Of a stretch of 64,000 nt of DNA, positions 50,054 to 61,675 are shown piece by piece (positions within the stretch are counted from its first letter, which is position 1; every line of letters starts with the position of its first letter). The notes below the pieces were generated by a model. The model saw nothing but the letters and a program-made list of their open reading frames with translations, searched no databases and was not told where the DNA came from. This stretch comes from Tolypothrix carrinoi HA7290-LM1 (lineage in GTDB: Bacteria; Cyanobacteriota; Cyanobacteriia; Cyanobacteriales; Nostocaceae), in the NCBI GenBank assembly GCA_019358935.1, contig JAHHIK010000035.1:1-64000 (forward strand). Reading direction: 5' to 3'. Both the position numbers and the translations under genes were made by a program.

Positions 50054-51607
50054 CTACTTCTGCCAGGTAAAACAAAAAGTGCTTCCGGCATTTATTTGCG
50101 ACTTTAAAGTAATCGTACCTCCTTGCGTTTCCACAATTTTTTTGACGATCGCCAAACCAATCCCGGTACTTTCTTTTTGATCGCGGGATTGCAGAGTTTG
50201 GAAGATAGCAAAAATCTTTTCGTGATATTCTGGGGCAATACCAGCACCATCATCAGCTACAGCAAATTCGTAATACGATGAGCGTTCTTCAACAGAAATT
50301 TTAACGTGACCATCGATTCGCGGATGATACTTGATTGCGTTGCCAATTAAGTTAGAAAATACTTGTTGTAAGGGTAATCGTTTCGTCCTGAAAGTGGGCA
50401 TCCCTTCAGCAACTTCGATGTTGAAAGTTAGCGGTGGTGCAAGCAAATCAATCACTTCCTTTATCAATTCACCAACATTTACTTCATAAGATTCTGTTTG
50501 GACGCGCCCAATGCGAGAATATTCTAATAAACCGTTGATCAGTCCTTCCATTCTTTGCACCCTTCCGCGCAACAGATGCATTTGATGGCGATTTTCTTCT
50601 CTGAGTTGATCTGCCAAGTCTTCTTCAATCCATTCTGATAGACTAGCGATCGCTCGTAAAGGTGCCTTCAAATCATGAGACGCTACATAAGCAAATTGGT
50701 CAAGTTCTTGATTTTGCTTTTGTAAAAGTGCGGTTGTTTGCGCCAAAATAGTTGTCAAACTAGTTAATTCTTCAGCTCGTTGTTTGAGAGCTAATTCTGA
50801 TTGTTTGCGTTCGCTAATATCTGTTACCGTGCCAAAATAACCAACTACCGTGCCATCATCTTTAGTTTCCGCTACTGCTTGCGACAACACCCAACTTGTT
50901 TTCCCGTCTGCATGGATGAAGCGAAATTCACACTCAAAGGGCAAAGCATCTTGACTTGTTTGTTGTAGTTCCGAATCTATCCGCTCTAAGTCTTCTTTTG
51001 GAATTGTACATCGCCAGCCTTTGCCTAAAGCATTTTCTGATGTAATTCCGCTAATTTCACACCAGCACTCGTTGACATAAAGATAATTTCCTGATAAATC
51101 TGTACGGTAGATGCCGACAGGGGAAATTTTGGCGAAAGTTTCCCAACGACGCTCGCTTGTTAAGAGTGCTTGATTTTTTTTAGCGACACTTTGCTTTAGT
51201 TCTGCGTTGGCTTCGCTAATATCTCTACCTTCTGAGATTAACAAAATTACTTGCCCAGTTTCGTTTTTTATTGGCTTAATCGAAAAGTCGATGGTTATGA
51301 TGTTATCGCCTGCACCGAGTATATCAACTTCGTAGCGGACAAATTCTCCTGTTGCTGCGAGTGCGATCGCTTCTCGTAATTGTCTTTGAGTTTGGGGAGA
51401 AATCGTCCACCAACGCACTTCCCAAAAAAAACGCCCAATCGCTTCAGCGCTGGTGAGTCCGGCAAACTGTAACACCGTCTGATTGACTTCAACGACAGTG
51501 CCATCCGGTTTGATTAATCCGATAAATTGAGAAGTCTGGTCAAAAATGGTACGAAAGCAGACTTTATTTGCTTGTATATCTGCTTCCACCGACTCTGATT
51601 TGTTCAT
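50054..51607 (-). CDS. PAS-PAS histidine kinase
   Basis: Two PAS/PAC domains, FAYVASHDLKAPL, TGIGL. Confidence 0.93.
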   Translation of the reverse strand: MNKSESVEADIQANKVCFRTIFDQTSQFIGLIKPDGTVVEVNQTVLQFAGLTSAEAIGRFFWEVRWWTISPQTQRQLREAIALAATGEFVRYEVDILGAGDNIITIDFSIKPIKNETGQVILLISEGRDISEANAELKQSVAKKNQALLTSERRWETFAKISPVGIYRTDLSGNYLYVNECWCEISGITSENALGKGWRCTIPKEDLERIDSELQQTSQDALPFECEFRFIHADGKTSWVLSQAVAETKDDGTVVGYFGTVTDISERKQSELALKQRAEELTSLTTILAQTTALLQKQNQELDQFAYVASHDLKAPLRAIASLSEWIEEDLADQLREENRHQMHLLRGRVQRMEGLINGLLEYSRIGRVQTESYEVNVGELIKEVIDLLAPPLTFNIEVAEGMPTFRTKRLPLQQVFSNLIGNAIKYHPRIDGHVKISVEERSSYYEFAVADDGAGIAPEYHEKIFAIFQTLQSRDQKESTGIGLAIVKKIVETQGGTITLKSQINAGSTFCFTWQK

Positions 51608-51929
51608 TTTGCTGAAAAATCATACTTTTTTATCTTTTTTTGAAGATGAATGCTATTTTTCTTTAATACTATTAATTACTGGTTTATAAGTCATGATGAA
51701 GCTGTAGAAGTTTAAGTTCGTCTTAATCTTTCACAATTATTCGTCAAATAGCTATATATCCCAGGCTAGATTTTTGCTTTTATGCAAGAATAAAAAGAAA
51801 AACCAATTATTTCTATCGGTGGATGTATGTTGGTCAAAAAATCATCTATCTTAAGTTTTGAACTTAAGATAAATTGATCGCAAAAGGTCGTAATTTAATA
51901 TATATAATCAGGAGAAAGTGGGTATAGCT

Positions 51930-52652
51930 ATGAGCGAAATTAGAATAGTTCTCATTGAAGACCATGATTTAACAAGAATGGGACTACGGGCGGCATTACA
52001 GTCTCATAGCGGACTTGAAGTGATTGGTGAAGCGCCAAATGCTACCCAAGGACTGAAACTTTTGCAAACCACTAAGCCGGATGTGGCAGTTGTGGATATT
52101 GGTTTGCCGGATATGGATGGAATTGAACTCACCAAAAAGTTTAGAAGTTTCCAAGAAGAGACAGCAGACCAAGGAACGAAGATCCTCATTTTGACGATGG
52201 AACATTCAGAGGATGCAGTGCTGGCTGCTTTTGCGGCAGGTGCAGACTCATATTACATGAAGGATACCAGCATTGATAGATTAATGGAAGCGATCCAAGC
52301 GACTCACGAAGGTAACTCGTGGATCGATCCAGCGATCGCCAACGTCGTATTGCGGCAAATGCGTCAAGGTCTGCCAGAAGATAACCCACAGGCAAGTCAG
52401 CCAAAGACCGTCAAAATTGAAGCGCTAGAGACTGAATACGAGCAAGTTTTAGAAACCTACCCCCTAACTCAACGAGAATTAGAAATTCTAGAGTTGATTG
52501 TTGCAGGTTGTAGCAACGGGCAGATTGCCGAAAAACTTTATATCACAGTCGGGACAGTCAAAACCCACGTTCGCAACATCTTAAACAAACTCTGCGCCGA
52601 TGACCGTACTCAAGCGGCAGTTCGCGCCTTGCGTTCTGGGTTAGTAGCATAG
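51930..52652 (+). CDS. NarL/LuxR-family response regulator
   Basis: REC domain plus LTQRELEIL...TVKTHVRNI. Confidence 0.94.
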   Translation: MSEIRIVLIEDHDLTRMGLRAALQSHSGLEVIGEAPNATQGLKLLQTTKPDVAVVDIGLPDMDGIELTKKFRSFQEETADQGTKILILTMEHSEDAVLAAFAAGADSYYMKDTSIDRLMEAIQATHEGNSWIDPAIANVVLRQMRQGLPEDNPQASQPKTVKIEALETEYEQVLETYPLTQRELEILELIVAGCSNGQIAEKLYITVGTVKTHVRNILNKLCADDRTQAAVRALRSGLVA

Positions 52653-52720
52653 CATAAATTCCCAAACTCTGCGTCCCTCCGCGCTTACTTTGCGTCCCTT
52701 TGCGTTAAAAAAAACGCTCG

Positions 52721-54079
52721 CTACCCGAACTTATCCAGCAAGCATTCGGCAATACGTCGTGCTGCCCCAGGTTTACCCATGCGTCGCAAGCCATTGTCAG
52801 CGATCGCCTGAAGTTTATCTGGATCGTTAAAAAGCGATCGCACGACTTGACCAACTTGCGCCGCTTGCTCTACTAAAATCAAAGATGAACCCAAGTGGCG
52901 GCTTTGTGCTTCGGCAAATACAGGGTTATATTGGGGACCATTTCCCGGAATGGCGATCGCAGGTTTTCCCAAGCCGATAAATTGTTCTGTGGCTGTCCCT
53001 GCCATTGCGATCGCCAAATCTCCTAAATGCAAGCAGTCGTTATAAGCTTGTTGAGTCAAAATAATATATGCATTTTTTGATTTAAAAGTCAAGGCATTGG
53101 TATCAGAAATTTGCACCGGAGATTCAGAGTGAAGATGCCAGCCTTGAGATAGTAGAGATTGAGATAAAATGTTCAAGTCTAAGCTGGACGCGATCGCACC
53201 TAAAAACACCATACTTCCAGCGCGTGAAAGGTAATCGCGTTTTGGGATTTCCATCACTGAAGAAACAGCAACCATAATTTGTTCCCAATTCGCATAAGCT
53301 TCTGGTGGACGAGAACCAGGTAAAAGAGTCACAATCAATGGACGAATTATTTCTTGTTGTTCAGCATCACCACGATACAATCGTCCTTGAGGAAAGCTGG
53401 GTTCAAGTCCATCCATCATCGGATTCCCCAAATCAAAAGCCGGAATAGACCACTTTTTTAAGATTTCCGTGGTTAGCGAATCTCTGGGAAATATCGCTTT
53501 GCAGTGGGGACGACTCATCAACCAACGTTCCCAAGGATGATAAACTGAACCGGAAAAACTTTCCCAACGTGCAGCTTTTGATTTGCGTTGCAGTAACCCG
53601 ACTTCATCCCGCACATAATATTCTGACTTTGCCGTACCGATAAAAGCATAGTCAGCACCGCTTCCCCAAGCAAACAACAGCGGTACAATATCCCCCACAG
53701 CTAAAATAGCGCTTTTATTACCTGATTTCTTTTGCAAATTTACCCAAGTACGTACAGCTTTAATTTGACTGCGGGTAAGTTGCACTAAACCACCGCGTAC
53801 ATCTCGGACTAATTGCCGTCCATCCATGTAAATAAAGCCACCAGAAGGCATGGTACGTACTGAACCAATCAGGGGAATATTTAACTGTTGATAAGCATGT
53901 CCTTCACCCACTATAGGCAAAGCGAAGATATCAGGAGGATTGGATAGTTGCTGGAGTTCTTGTAAAATGCGGATAGCAATTACATCCTCTCCATGACCAT
54001 TACTTAAAACAAGTAAACGCAAGGCAGAAGTTGTAGCTGTCGAATTTAAAGCTAGGGATAACCTAGGTAGATCGCTCAT
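52721..54079 (-). CDS. Lipid-A-disaccharide synthase-related protein
   Basis: SNGHGED, LGNPMMD, LLPGSR, MAGTATEQ. Confidence 0.88.
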   Translation of the reverse strand: MSDLPRLSLALNSTATTSALRLLVLSNGHGEDVIAIRILQELQQLSNPPDIFALPIVGEGHAYQQLNIPLIGSVRTMPSGGFIYMDGRQLVRDVRGGLVQLTRSQIKAVRTWVNLQKKSGNKSAILAVGDIVPLLFAWGSGADYAFIGTAKSEYYVRDEVGLLQRKSKAARWESFSGSVYHPWERWLMSRPHCKAIFPRDSLTTEILKKWSIPAFDLGNPMMDGLEPSFPQGRLYRGDAEQQEIIRPLIVTLLPGSRPPEAYANWEQIMVAVSSVMEIPKRDYLSRAGSMVFLGAIASSLDLNILSQSLLSQGWHLHSESPVQISDTNALTFKSKNAYIILTQQAYNDCLHLGDLAIAMAGTATEQFIGLGKPAIAIPGNGPQYNPVFAEAQSRHLGSSLILVEQAAQVGQVVRSLFNDPDKLQAIADNGLRRMGKPGAARRIAECLLDKFG

Positions 54080-54235
54080 AAGAGAAACAAAAACTCATAA
54101 TTAACTGTCTTTTTGGGCAAGAGGGGTGAATGGGAGTATCAATCATCGGCGTGGAAGCTGGAAGTTAGTATTATTCCCATTGCCAAACCTCAGTACAAAA
54201 ATACAAACTAACTCCCAGGTAATCAGGCTAAAAAC

Positions 54236-56665
54236 ATGCAAGTTTCTTCTGCCGCAATTTTGACTTTAGCTACCTTAGTGACTAGCAACGCTACTGAAGC
54301 AATAGCTGCACCTTCTATAACTCCCACTCAGCCGGAAAAAGCCGGCTTAGTAGTGCCGGTGACACAAGAAAATACACCTGCACCGATAAAGGCGTACACG
54401 CAAAGCGGGTTGTCGCAAGACATCGCATCCCCAGAAACGATAGTCGTCCAACAATTTTCCCAAACTCCGGCTAATAATAATTCAACTGTAGTCGTAACAC
54501 AAGAGGTTGGGATAGGAGACAAGGGGACAGGGGGACGAGGGGGACGAGGGGGACGAGGAGGACGAGGAGGACGAGGAGGACGAGGAGGACAAGGGGGACA
54601 AGGAGGACAAGGAGGACAAGGAGGACAAGGCGGAGGAGGCGGAGGAGGAGGACAAGGCGGAGGAGGAGGAGGAGGACAAGGCGGAGGAGGCGGAGGAGGA
54701 CAAGGCGGAGGAGGCGGAGGAGGACAAGGCGGAGGAGGAGGAGGAGGACAAGGCGGAGGAGGCGGAGGAGGACAAGGCGGAGGAGGAGGAGGAGGAAGAC
54801 AAGGGGGACAAGGCGGACAAGGAAAAATTTCTCCCCCTGCTTCCCCTGCTCCCCCTGCTCCCCCTGCTCCCTTGTCTCCCCCCTCCCCCACTCCCCCCCT
54901 CCCCTCCTCCTCCACTCCCCCAGCTAACGAAAAGGATTTAGTCGTTACCGCTACCGATGTGCAGGTAGTGGGTGCTACTCCAGAATTGCAGCAAATAATT
55001 AACAGCGTCATTAAAACCCAAGCTGGGGGAGAAACCAGTCAAAACCAGATACAAAGAGATGTAGCGGCAATTTTGGATACGGGTTTATTTACTGATGTCC
55101 GTGTAAATACCACTATTAATCCGGTAGGATTGAGTGTGGTGTATCAAGTGCAACCATTGATAGTGCGATCGCTTCAACTTTCTGGGGCGAAAACGCTTAC
55201 CTATCAAGTAGTTTTGCCACTCTTTCAACCGCAAATTGGCAAAGCCATCAGTCCGGAAGCTTTGAAACAAACAGTAGAACAAATTAACAAATGGTACGCC
55301 GATAAAGGTTATAATCTGGCAAGGGTTATCTCTATTAAACCGAGCAGCGAAGGAATTTTGAGCTTAAATGTAGCTGAAGGTTTAGTGAGTAATATCAAGT
55401 TTCGTTTTGTCAACGATGAAGGCAATACAGTTGATAGCAAAGGTAAGTTAGTTACAGGACGCACCAAAGAAGATTTCTTGCGGCAACAGCTAAAGTTAAA
55501 ACCCGGTCAAATTTTCCAAAACAATCTAGTCAAGCAAGACTTGCAGCAGTTATATAAACTGGGATTATTTGAAAATGTCAATGTCGCCTTAGAAGGTGAT
55601 GCGACAGGCGTTGATGTAGTTTACCAACTAAAAGAACTTGGCGCACGCGGTATCAACCTCGGTGGTAATTACAATGCAGACCAAGGAATTGTCGGCACAT
55701 TAAACTATCAAGACCGAAATATCGGCGGTATTAACGATACTTTGAGCGCAAATGTGGAAGTCGGTGCGCGTGACTTTCAGTTTGATGGTAGGTATAGCAG
55801 TCCTTATCGAATAACTAACCCCGATCGCTTTGGTTACAGCATCAACGCTTTTCGCAAGCGCGGACTTTCCGAGGTTTTTGATGGCGATGTCAAGCTAGCT
55901 AACGCTGACAGACCGCGAGAAGGTAAAATAGGTGGTAGTGTAAGCTTGCAGCGACCGATTGACGGTTGGGATACTTCATTAGGATTTAATTATGCTCGTG
56001 TTAGCATACGCGATCGCGATGGCACAATTACCCCAAAAGATGAAAAGGGTAATCCACTAACTTTTAGCGGTACTGGTATCGACGATTTAGCTACTGTATC
56101 CTTCACCGCCATCAAAGACCAACGAGATAACCCCTTTAATCCTACCAAAGGTTCGATTCTCAGCCTCAGCACAGAACAATCAGTTCCGATTGGTCTAGGC
56201 AACATTTCGATGAATCGCCTGCGGGCAAATTATAGTCAGTTTCTCCCAGTTAAATTATACAACAGTAAGAACCCACAAGTATTAGCTTTGAATCTCCAAG
56301 GCGGCACCGTACTTGGAGATTTGCCGCCTTATGATGCCTTTAACTTGGGAGGTCCAAATTCCGTGCGCGGTTACGATGCTGGAGACGTTGGCAGCGGTCG
56401 CACTTACGTATTAGCTTCCGCAGAATATCGCTTCCCGGTTTTCCCAATCTTGGGGGGTGTGCTGTTTGCTGACTTTGGCTCAGATTTAGGTTCTGGTGAT
56501 ACAGTATTAGGAAATCCGGCAGGTGCGCGTAACAAACCAGGTAGTGGTTTTGGTTATGGTGCTGGTGTGCGTTTTGACTCACCTTTGGGCTTAATTCGCG
56601 CAGATTATGGTCTTAATGACTTGGGCGAAAGTCGATTGCACTTTGGCATAGGTCAGCGTTTTTAA
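54236..56665 (+). CDS. Omp85/BamA-TamA family outer-membrane protein with Gly/Pro low-complexity insert
   Basis: POTRA domains, [10 protein letters not shown]-terminal FGIGQRF. Confidence 0.92.
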   Translation: MQVSSAAILTLATLVTSNATEAIAAPSITPTQPEKAGLVVPVTQENTPAPIKAYTQSGLSQDIASPETIVVQQFSQTPANNNSTVVVTQEVGIGDKGTGGRGGRGGRGGRGGRGGRGGQGGQGGQGGQGGQGGGGGGGGQGGGGGGGQGGGGGGGQGGGGGGGQGGGGGGGQGGGGGGGQGGGGGGGRQGGQGGQGKISPPASPAPPAPPAPLSPPSPTPPLPSSSTPPANEKDLVVTATDVQVVGATPELQQIINSVIKTQAGGETSQNQIQRDVAAILDTGLFTDVRVNTTINPVGLSVVYQVQPLIVRSLQLSGAKTLTYQVVLPLFQPQIGKAISPEALKQTVEQINKWYADKGYNLARVISIKPSSEGILSLNVAEGLVSNIKFRFVNDEGNTVDSKGKLVTGRTKEDFLRQQLKLKPGQIFQNNLVKQDLQQLYKLGLFENVNVALEGDATGVDVVYQLKELGARGINLGGNYNADQGIVGTLNYQDRNIGGINDTLSANVEVGARDFQFDGRYSSPYRITNPDRFGYSINAFRKRGLSEVFDGDVKLANADRPREGKIGGSVSLQRPIDGWDTSLGFNYARVSIRDRDGTITPKDEKGNPLTFSGTGIDDLATVSFTAIKDQRDNPFNPTKGSILSLSTEQSVPIGLGNISMNRLRANYSQFLPVKLYNSKNPQVLALNLQGGTVLGDLPPYDAFNLGGPNSVRGYDAGDVGSGRTYVLASAEYRFPVFPILGGVLFADFGSDLGSGDTVLGNPAGARNKPGSGFGYGAGVRFDSPLGLIRADYGLNDLGESRLHFGIGQRF
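54510..54920. repeat. In-frame tandem repeats: 9-mers GGACG/AAGGA, 24-mers encoding GQGGGGGG, then CCCCTGCT-type units
   Basis: Directly visible in the sequence. Confidence 0.9.
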
Positions 56666-56670
56666 GGGAA

Positions 56671-56840
56671 TTGGGCATCGGGCAATGGGCATCGGGCAAT
56701 GGGCATCGGGCATTGGGCATTGGGCATTGGGCATTGGGCATCGGGCATTGGGCATTGATAATAATTCTTTCCCCCTTGTCCCCCTTGTCCCCCTCTCCCC
56801 CTGCCCCCTTGTCCCCCTCCCCCACTCCCCTTCTCCCCCA
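56671..56840. repeat. STRR tracts (TTGGGCA)n and (CCCCTTGT)n
   Basis: Directly visible tandem 7/8-mers. Confidence 0.9.
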
Positions 56841-56954
56841 GTTAAGAGTCCCCTACTGTATTATTAACAAAGACAAAACTGTGGCGATGTGGTTTTTGCT
56901 TTTACCACTCAAGGACTCACTACTAAGCTGCTCATTCAAAACTTAGGATTTTCT

Positions 56955-58601
56955 ATGTTAGCAGGTACAACTTTGCAGGGGGGAAAATATACCCTCAATC
57001 AAGAAATCGGGCGTGGGGGCTTTGGCATTACGTACAAAGCTACGCATCATTACTTACGTCAAGAGGTAGTGATTAAAACGCTCAATGAGAAACTGCGACA
57101 ACATCCTGATTTTACTAAGTTCGAGCGGCAATTCCAAGATGAGGCAAGGCGATTAGCTACTTGTATTCACCCGAACATTGTCCGGGTGAGCGACTTTTTT
57201 GTTGAAGCGGGTCTGCCTTACATGGTAATGGAGTACATTCGCGGTGAAACGTTAGGCGAGGCATTTGTTTTGCCAGGGATACCTTTACCAGAACCGATGG
57301 CAATTCATTATATCCGGCAGATTGGGGCAGCATTGGAGGTGGTACACAATAACGGTTTGCTGCACCGCGATGTGAAACCTGATAATATTATTCTCCGCCA
57401 AGGAACGGCTGAAGTAGTGCTGATTGATTTTGGCATTGCGCGAGAATTTAACGGTGGTGTGAGGCAAACTCATACAGGTATGGTTTCTGAGGGTTATTCG
57501 CCGATTGAACAGTATATGACGCAAGCAGAGCGCAGCCCAGCCACCGATGTTTATGGTTTGGCTGCAACTTTGTATGCATTGTTGACAGCACAAGTTCCTA
57601 TGCCTGCATTATTGCGCGATCGCGAAAAAATGCATTCCCCCCGCGAACTGCAACCACATTTGAGTGCTGCTGTCAATCAAGCAATTATGCGTGGTATGGC
57701 GGTAGAATCTCGCTTTCGTCCCGCAACAGTCGCAGAATGGTTAAAGTTGCTACCCGCAAATGGGGTAAGTGCTGCAAAATTGACACCAACTCACACGATT
57801 GCAACTGTCGATTTATCTACTCACCAGTACCCATCACCTCCAGAAGTTGCCGCAAATAATACCACTGCACCATCAACAACCGGGAATTTGACAAAAATAG
57901 CGAAAAAAATTCGCTCAAGCAAAGTTTTGATTGGTAGTGGAATCGCACTCACAGCCGCGACAATCGCTTTTGCTATCACTAGCTTACTTCCCAAATCTCA
58001 GCCACCGCAGCCAACCGCAAAGCCAGTTCTTCAACAGCCTACTACTAATGGTACTTCTGCGGAAGTCCGTCCGGTGCAGATTTCACCGTCCCCGCAGGTA
58101 AAAGAAACTACCACCCCAAAACAGACTACTAATACTACCTCTACTACCTCGTCCTCGTCGCGAGATGATGCACCCACTTACACACCAAGACGACGCACTA
58201 AGCGCATTCGTCCTGTTGCTAATGAGGACGAAACACCAAAACGGACTTATAGACAAAGAGAAGAATCGACATCAAACGACTCACCACAACCGCAACGTCG
58301 GCGTCGATACTACAACAAGCAAACTTCACCTACACCTGATGCGGCGCCCTCACCATCTCTGGTTGAGAAATTACGAGCGGTGCGCTCAACTCGTAACGCT
58401 TCCCCCGCAAGCAAATCATCCTCTGATAGCGCTTCTCCTGCACGTCAATCTCCTAGAGAGTCCAGTTCTGTAGTCATACCCCAAGTACAATCACCGAAAG
58501 AACCAAACGGTATCGTTGTACCAACACAGGAAGTAAAGCAAAATTCATCTGCTGACAGCCAATCTCAGAAGAATGATAAGCCAGCGGATGAGGGAAATTA
58601 A
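56955..58601 (+). CDS. Membrane Ser/Thr protein kinase
   Basis: [18 protein letters not shown], transmembrane segment, low-complexity tail. Confidence 0.93.
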   Translation: MLAGTTLQGGKYTLNQEIGRGGFGITYKATHHYLRQEVVIKTLNEKLRQHPDFTKFERQFQDEARRLATCIHPNIVRVSDFFVEAGLPYMVMEYIRGETLGEAFVLPGIPLPEPMAIHYIRQIGAALEVVHNNGLLHRDVKPDNIILRQGTAEVVLIDFGIAREFNGGVRQTHTGMVSEGYSPIEQYMTQAERSPATDVYGLAATLYALLTAQVPMPALLRDREKMHSPRELQPHLSAAVNQAIMRGMAVESRFRPATVAEWLKLLPANGVSAAKLTPTHTIATVDLSTHQYPSPPEVAANNTTAPSTTGNLTKIAKKIRSSKVLIGSGIALTAATIAFAITSLLPKSQPPQPTAKPVLQQPTTNGTSAEVRPVQISPSPQVKETTTPKQTTNTTSTTSSSSRDDAPTYTPRRRTKRIRPVANEDETPKRTYRQREESTSNDSPQPQRRRRYYNKQTSPTPDAAPSPSLVEKLRAVRSTRNASPASKSSSDSASPARQSPRESSSVVIPQVQSPKEPNGIVVPTQEVKQNSSADSQSQKNDKPADEGN

Positions 58602-58651
58602 AAATATGACATTATTGTTGCGTTCTTCGGTTCATCTGAAAATGCAGATTG

Positions 58652-58729
58652 GTAGGGTGTGTTATGCCGTAGGCTAACGCACCGTTGATAATTCAGGTGC
58701 GTTATGCGTTCCGCGATAACACACCCTAC
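58652..58729. repeat. REP-like doublet GTAGGGTGTGTTA...TAACACACCCTAC
   Basis: Perfect 13-bp outer arms between convergent genes. Confidence 0.7.
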
Positions 58730-58754
58730 TGGACTTGCTAATTTAACATTTAAA

Positions 58755-59855
58755 TTAGGCTATTTTCTTCTTTCTGGAAAGAAGAGAATTCCAAAATTGA
58801 CCTTGCAAGAGTGATGAAGACTTCTTGGCGTTGCTTTCTTGGAGAACTTGCTGATAAACTGCTTCGTAGCCGTTCACCATCTGGGTAACGCTGAAGTTTT
58901 GCTCTACGTATTCTCGGCAGGTTTGACGATTCAGTTCTAAGGTAGCGGGAATCATTGCTGCCATTTCTTCATAGCTTTGGCAGACATAACCTGTCTTACC
59001 GTGGGCAATCACTTCTGGGACAGAACCCATGTTCATCCCAATGACTGGTGTACCTGTTGCCATTGATTCAATCATTACCAAGCCAAAGGGTTCACTCCAG
59101 GTAATGGGGAAGAGAGTGATGCTTGCGTTGCCTAATAGTTCAGATTTCTGGTCGTGGTTAACTTCGCCTAAAAATTGTATCTGCTCACCGTCGATGTGAG
59201 GAGCGATTTCTTTCTCAAAAAACTCTGTGTCTACTACGTCTACTTTTCCTGCCATTTTTAAGCACCAACCACTCTGCTTGGCGATCGCGATCGCATGTTG
59301 CGGTCCTTTCTCTGGCGAAAACCGTCCCAAAAATACCAGATATGGCGGATCTTGCGGTTGCGCTACAAAGGTGAATTCTTCCGGGTTAATGCCGTTATAA
59401 ACTGTGCTGGCGTAATTCAGTTGCAATTGACGCTGCGCGTTACTTATGCTGATGAATGGTTGCGATTGATGATACGAAAATACTTTGCTGTTATCAGGCG
59501 TAAATCTGCCATGCAAAGTATGTACTGTGGGTGTTGACACCAAATTTGCAAAAGGTAATGCCCAAATCCCTACATGAGAATGGATTATATCGAATTCCGC
59601 TGCTTTTTGGTAGACTTGGCTCATTTCCAGCACTTCATACATCACATGCTCTTTAATGTCTGAATCTAAGCGCAATGCACGCGGATGAACAGCTTCTAAC
59701 TTAGCCAAAGTTTGAGAATCGCCAGAAGCGAACAATGTCACATCATGACCTCGACGCACTAGTTCATCAGTCAAGCGACTCGCTACCAGTTCAATTCCTC
59801 CGTAAGTTGGGGGCGGAACTCGTTCCCACAATGGGGCTACTTGAGCTATTTTCAT
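58755..59855 (-). CDS. Glycosyltransferase family 4
   Basis: VPPPTYGGIE, GRFSPEKG, EPFGLVMIESMA. Confidence 0.93.
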   Translation of the reverse strand: MKIAQVAPLWERVPPPTYGGIELVASRLTDELVRRGHDVTLFASGDSQTLAKLEAVHPRALRLDSDIKEHVMYEVLEMSQVYQKAAEFDIIHSHVGIWALPFANLVSTPTVHTLHGRFTPDNSKVFSYHQSQPFISISNAQRQLQLNYASTVYNGINPEEFTFVAQPQDPPYLVFLGRFSPEKGPQHAIAIAKQSGWCLKMAGKVDVVDTEFFEKEIAPHIDGEQIQFLGEVNHDQKSELLGNASITLFPITWSEPFGLVMIESMATGTPVIGMNMGSVPEVIAHGKTGYVCQSYEEMAAMIPATLELNRQTCREYVEQNFSVTQMVNGYEAVYQQVLQESNAKKSSSLLQGQFWNSLLSRKKKIA

Positions 59856-60792
59856 AAAATTGTTTAGGTTCAGGTAAATTGGTCGTTGTCAAAGGGTTGA
59901 AATACTTTAGTTCAGAGTTTTTGCCTCCTTTTCTGAAGTTGAAATTAACCGTTTCGGGCGTGCAAACACCGCAACCTCGGCTAACTTTACCCTTTAAGCC
60001 TCACCTCCAAATTTACTTTAGCCACAATTATATTATGGCTGTCGTTTTTAATCTAACTTTGACTTTTGAATTATTACATCTATCTTTAGGATTATATTAG
60101 AAAATATTTGATATAAATACTTATTATGACTTTGCCTCAACGATAAATAACATTAAACATATCAGGGATCAATTGACTCGCCAAAATATTTCAATAAGCT
60201 GTGATGCGATCGCTTAATTCAAGACTTTCAGTTGATTCAATGTACTGCACCGTCAGCATTGAAAAGACTTATAGTTTGCATTGATTTATTAATCTCCCAA
60301 GAAATAATTTTCCGGATAAATAAGTGGAAGTAATTATAAATTAATTTCCAAAGCAAAAAAATCTATGTATAGCAATCTTTTTGAGTCGTGAAAAAAGCTT
60401 TTGAAGAACGTAGACACGTTGCCGACTTGCACTTATCCTATTGCCTCAGCCAAATACTAAGTCTTGTGAACGGATTATCTTATAAATTTTATTTATATAT
60501 ATTATTAGTTATTCCTATATATTTTTCGTTTTATTTAGAGACTGTAAAGGATACCCTAAAAATATATGTCAATATTTGATGACATTTGTGAAGTCGCTAA
60601 ATTTGGGAAATTTGCACGCTATAAATGTGCGTGCATTTTGTAATAGTAAAAACGCTAATTTGTGGGGTGGATATACAAATGAAATAGTAGGTTAAAAGCC
60701 TAGGTTGTAGATTCAGCTTGTTTACAAATTTGAGGTATTTCTTTATTCATTGAAGTTCTAATTGGTTTTTTTGTTCAAGAGTGAATTTGAAA

Positions 60793-60888
60793 TAGGAATG
60801 AGCCGAAACAATAAAGTCTTGTAGGGGCAATTCATGAATTGTCCCCTACGTAAATTCAAGCTTTGACGAAGGAAGTGCGTAAGTCCTA
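60793..60888. mobile_element. Degenerate CAGGACTTACGCA-family MITE with REP-like hairpin
   Basis: Right end TGCGTAAGTCCTA, eroded left end, direct repeat TGAAA, internal GTAGGGGCAATTCATGAATTGTCCCCTAC. Confidence 0.65.
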
Positions 60889-60966
60889 TGAAAATTAGCT
60901 AGGGCAGCATTGTGCAGGCAAATTTTCTAACTTTGTGCCTGTTTTTTATGGTTGTTATGGAGAATT

Positions 60967-61572
60967 ATGAAAGGCAACTTACCCAAAGGGCGAATTAATT
61001 ACGCTTATCTATCCAGATTTAATTACAAAAACTTTCAGTTGAAATGTAAGAATTACTGGTTCAAGATAGGTGGCAGGTGGCGTTCATGCCCTTTAACATG
61101 TCCTATAGATAGACCTCATCACAAACATGTATTTTGGAGTTGGTTTGGTAGTTTCCTAGCAATAGCGGCAACAGCTTACCTAAGCGTGAAAACCAATTCT
61201 CCTTTGCTTATGGCTCCCTTTGGTGCTACTAGCGTATTAATTTTCGGCGTACCTGAGAGTCCTTTGGCTCAACCGCGTAATGTGATTGGCGGTAATCTTG
61301 TAGCAGCTTTAGTCAGCTTGACTATTCTACATCTTTTCGGTTCGTCACCTTGGGCAATGGGAATGGCAGTTGCCACAGCCATTGCGATGATGCAGTTTAC
61401 TGGAACTGTGCATCCACCTTCGGGAGCAGTTGCATTAGTCGTAATGATGACAAAGGCTCCCTGGCAATTTTTGCTAACACCTGCCCTGGAAGGTTCTATT
61501 ATTTTGGTACTCTGCGCTGTGGTTTTCAATAATCTGGCAGAAGAGAGAACTTATCCCAAGCACTGGCTGTAA
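60967..61572 (+). CDS. HPP family membrane protein
   Basis: APFGATSVL, SPLAQPRNVIGG, HPPSGA. Start is uncertain. Confidence 0.9.
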   Translation: MKGNLPKGRINYAYLSRFNYKNFQLKCKNYWFKIGGRWRSCPLTCPIDRPHHKHVFWSWFGSFLAIAATAYLSVKTNSPLLMAPFGATSVLIFGVPESPLAQPRNVIGGNLVAALVSLTILHLFGSSPWAMGMAVATAIAMMQFTGTVHPPSGAVALVVMMTKAPWQFLLTPALEGSIILVLCAVVFNNLAEERTYPKHWL

Positions 61573-61585
61573 GAATTTTGCTGGT

Positions 61586-61614
61586 TGCGCTTTATTGCCC
61601 TGCAATAAAGCGCA
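61586..61614 (+). terminator. Hairpin after the HPP gene
   Basis: TGCGCTTTATTGC-CCT-GCAATAAAGCGCA. Confidence 0.55.
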
Positions 61615-61675
61615 CGCTACAAAGGACAGGCGCTTTAGCCACTGGCTCACAAAGAAAGTGCCGACTTACTTAAAA

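Noticed and set aside
54328..55011. Pro/Cys-rich and Ser-rich antisense ORFs
   Set aside because: Shadows of the Gly repeat in the Omp85 gene.
55884..55918. GCGATGTC as a reverse HIP1 insert
   Set aside because: No CGC at the 27-bp distance and no similarity to the other inserts.
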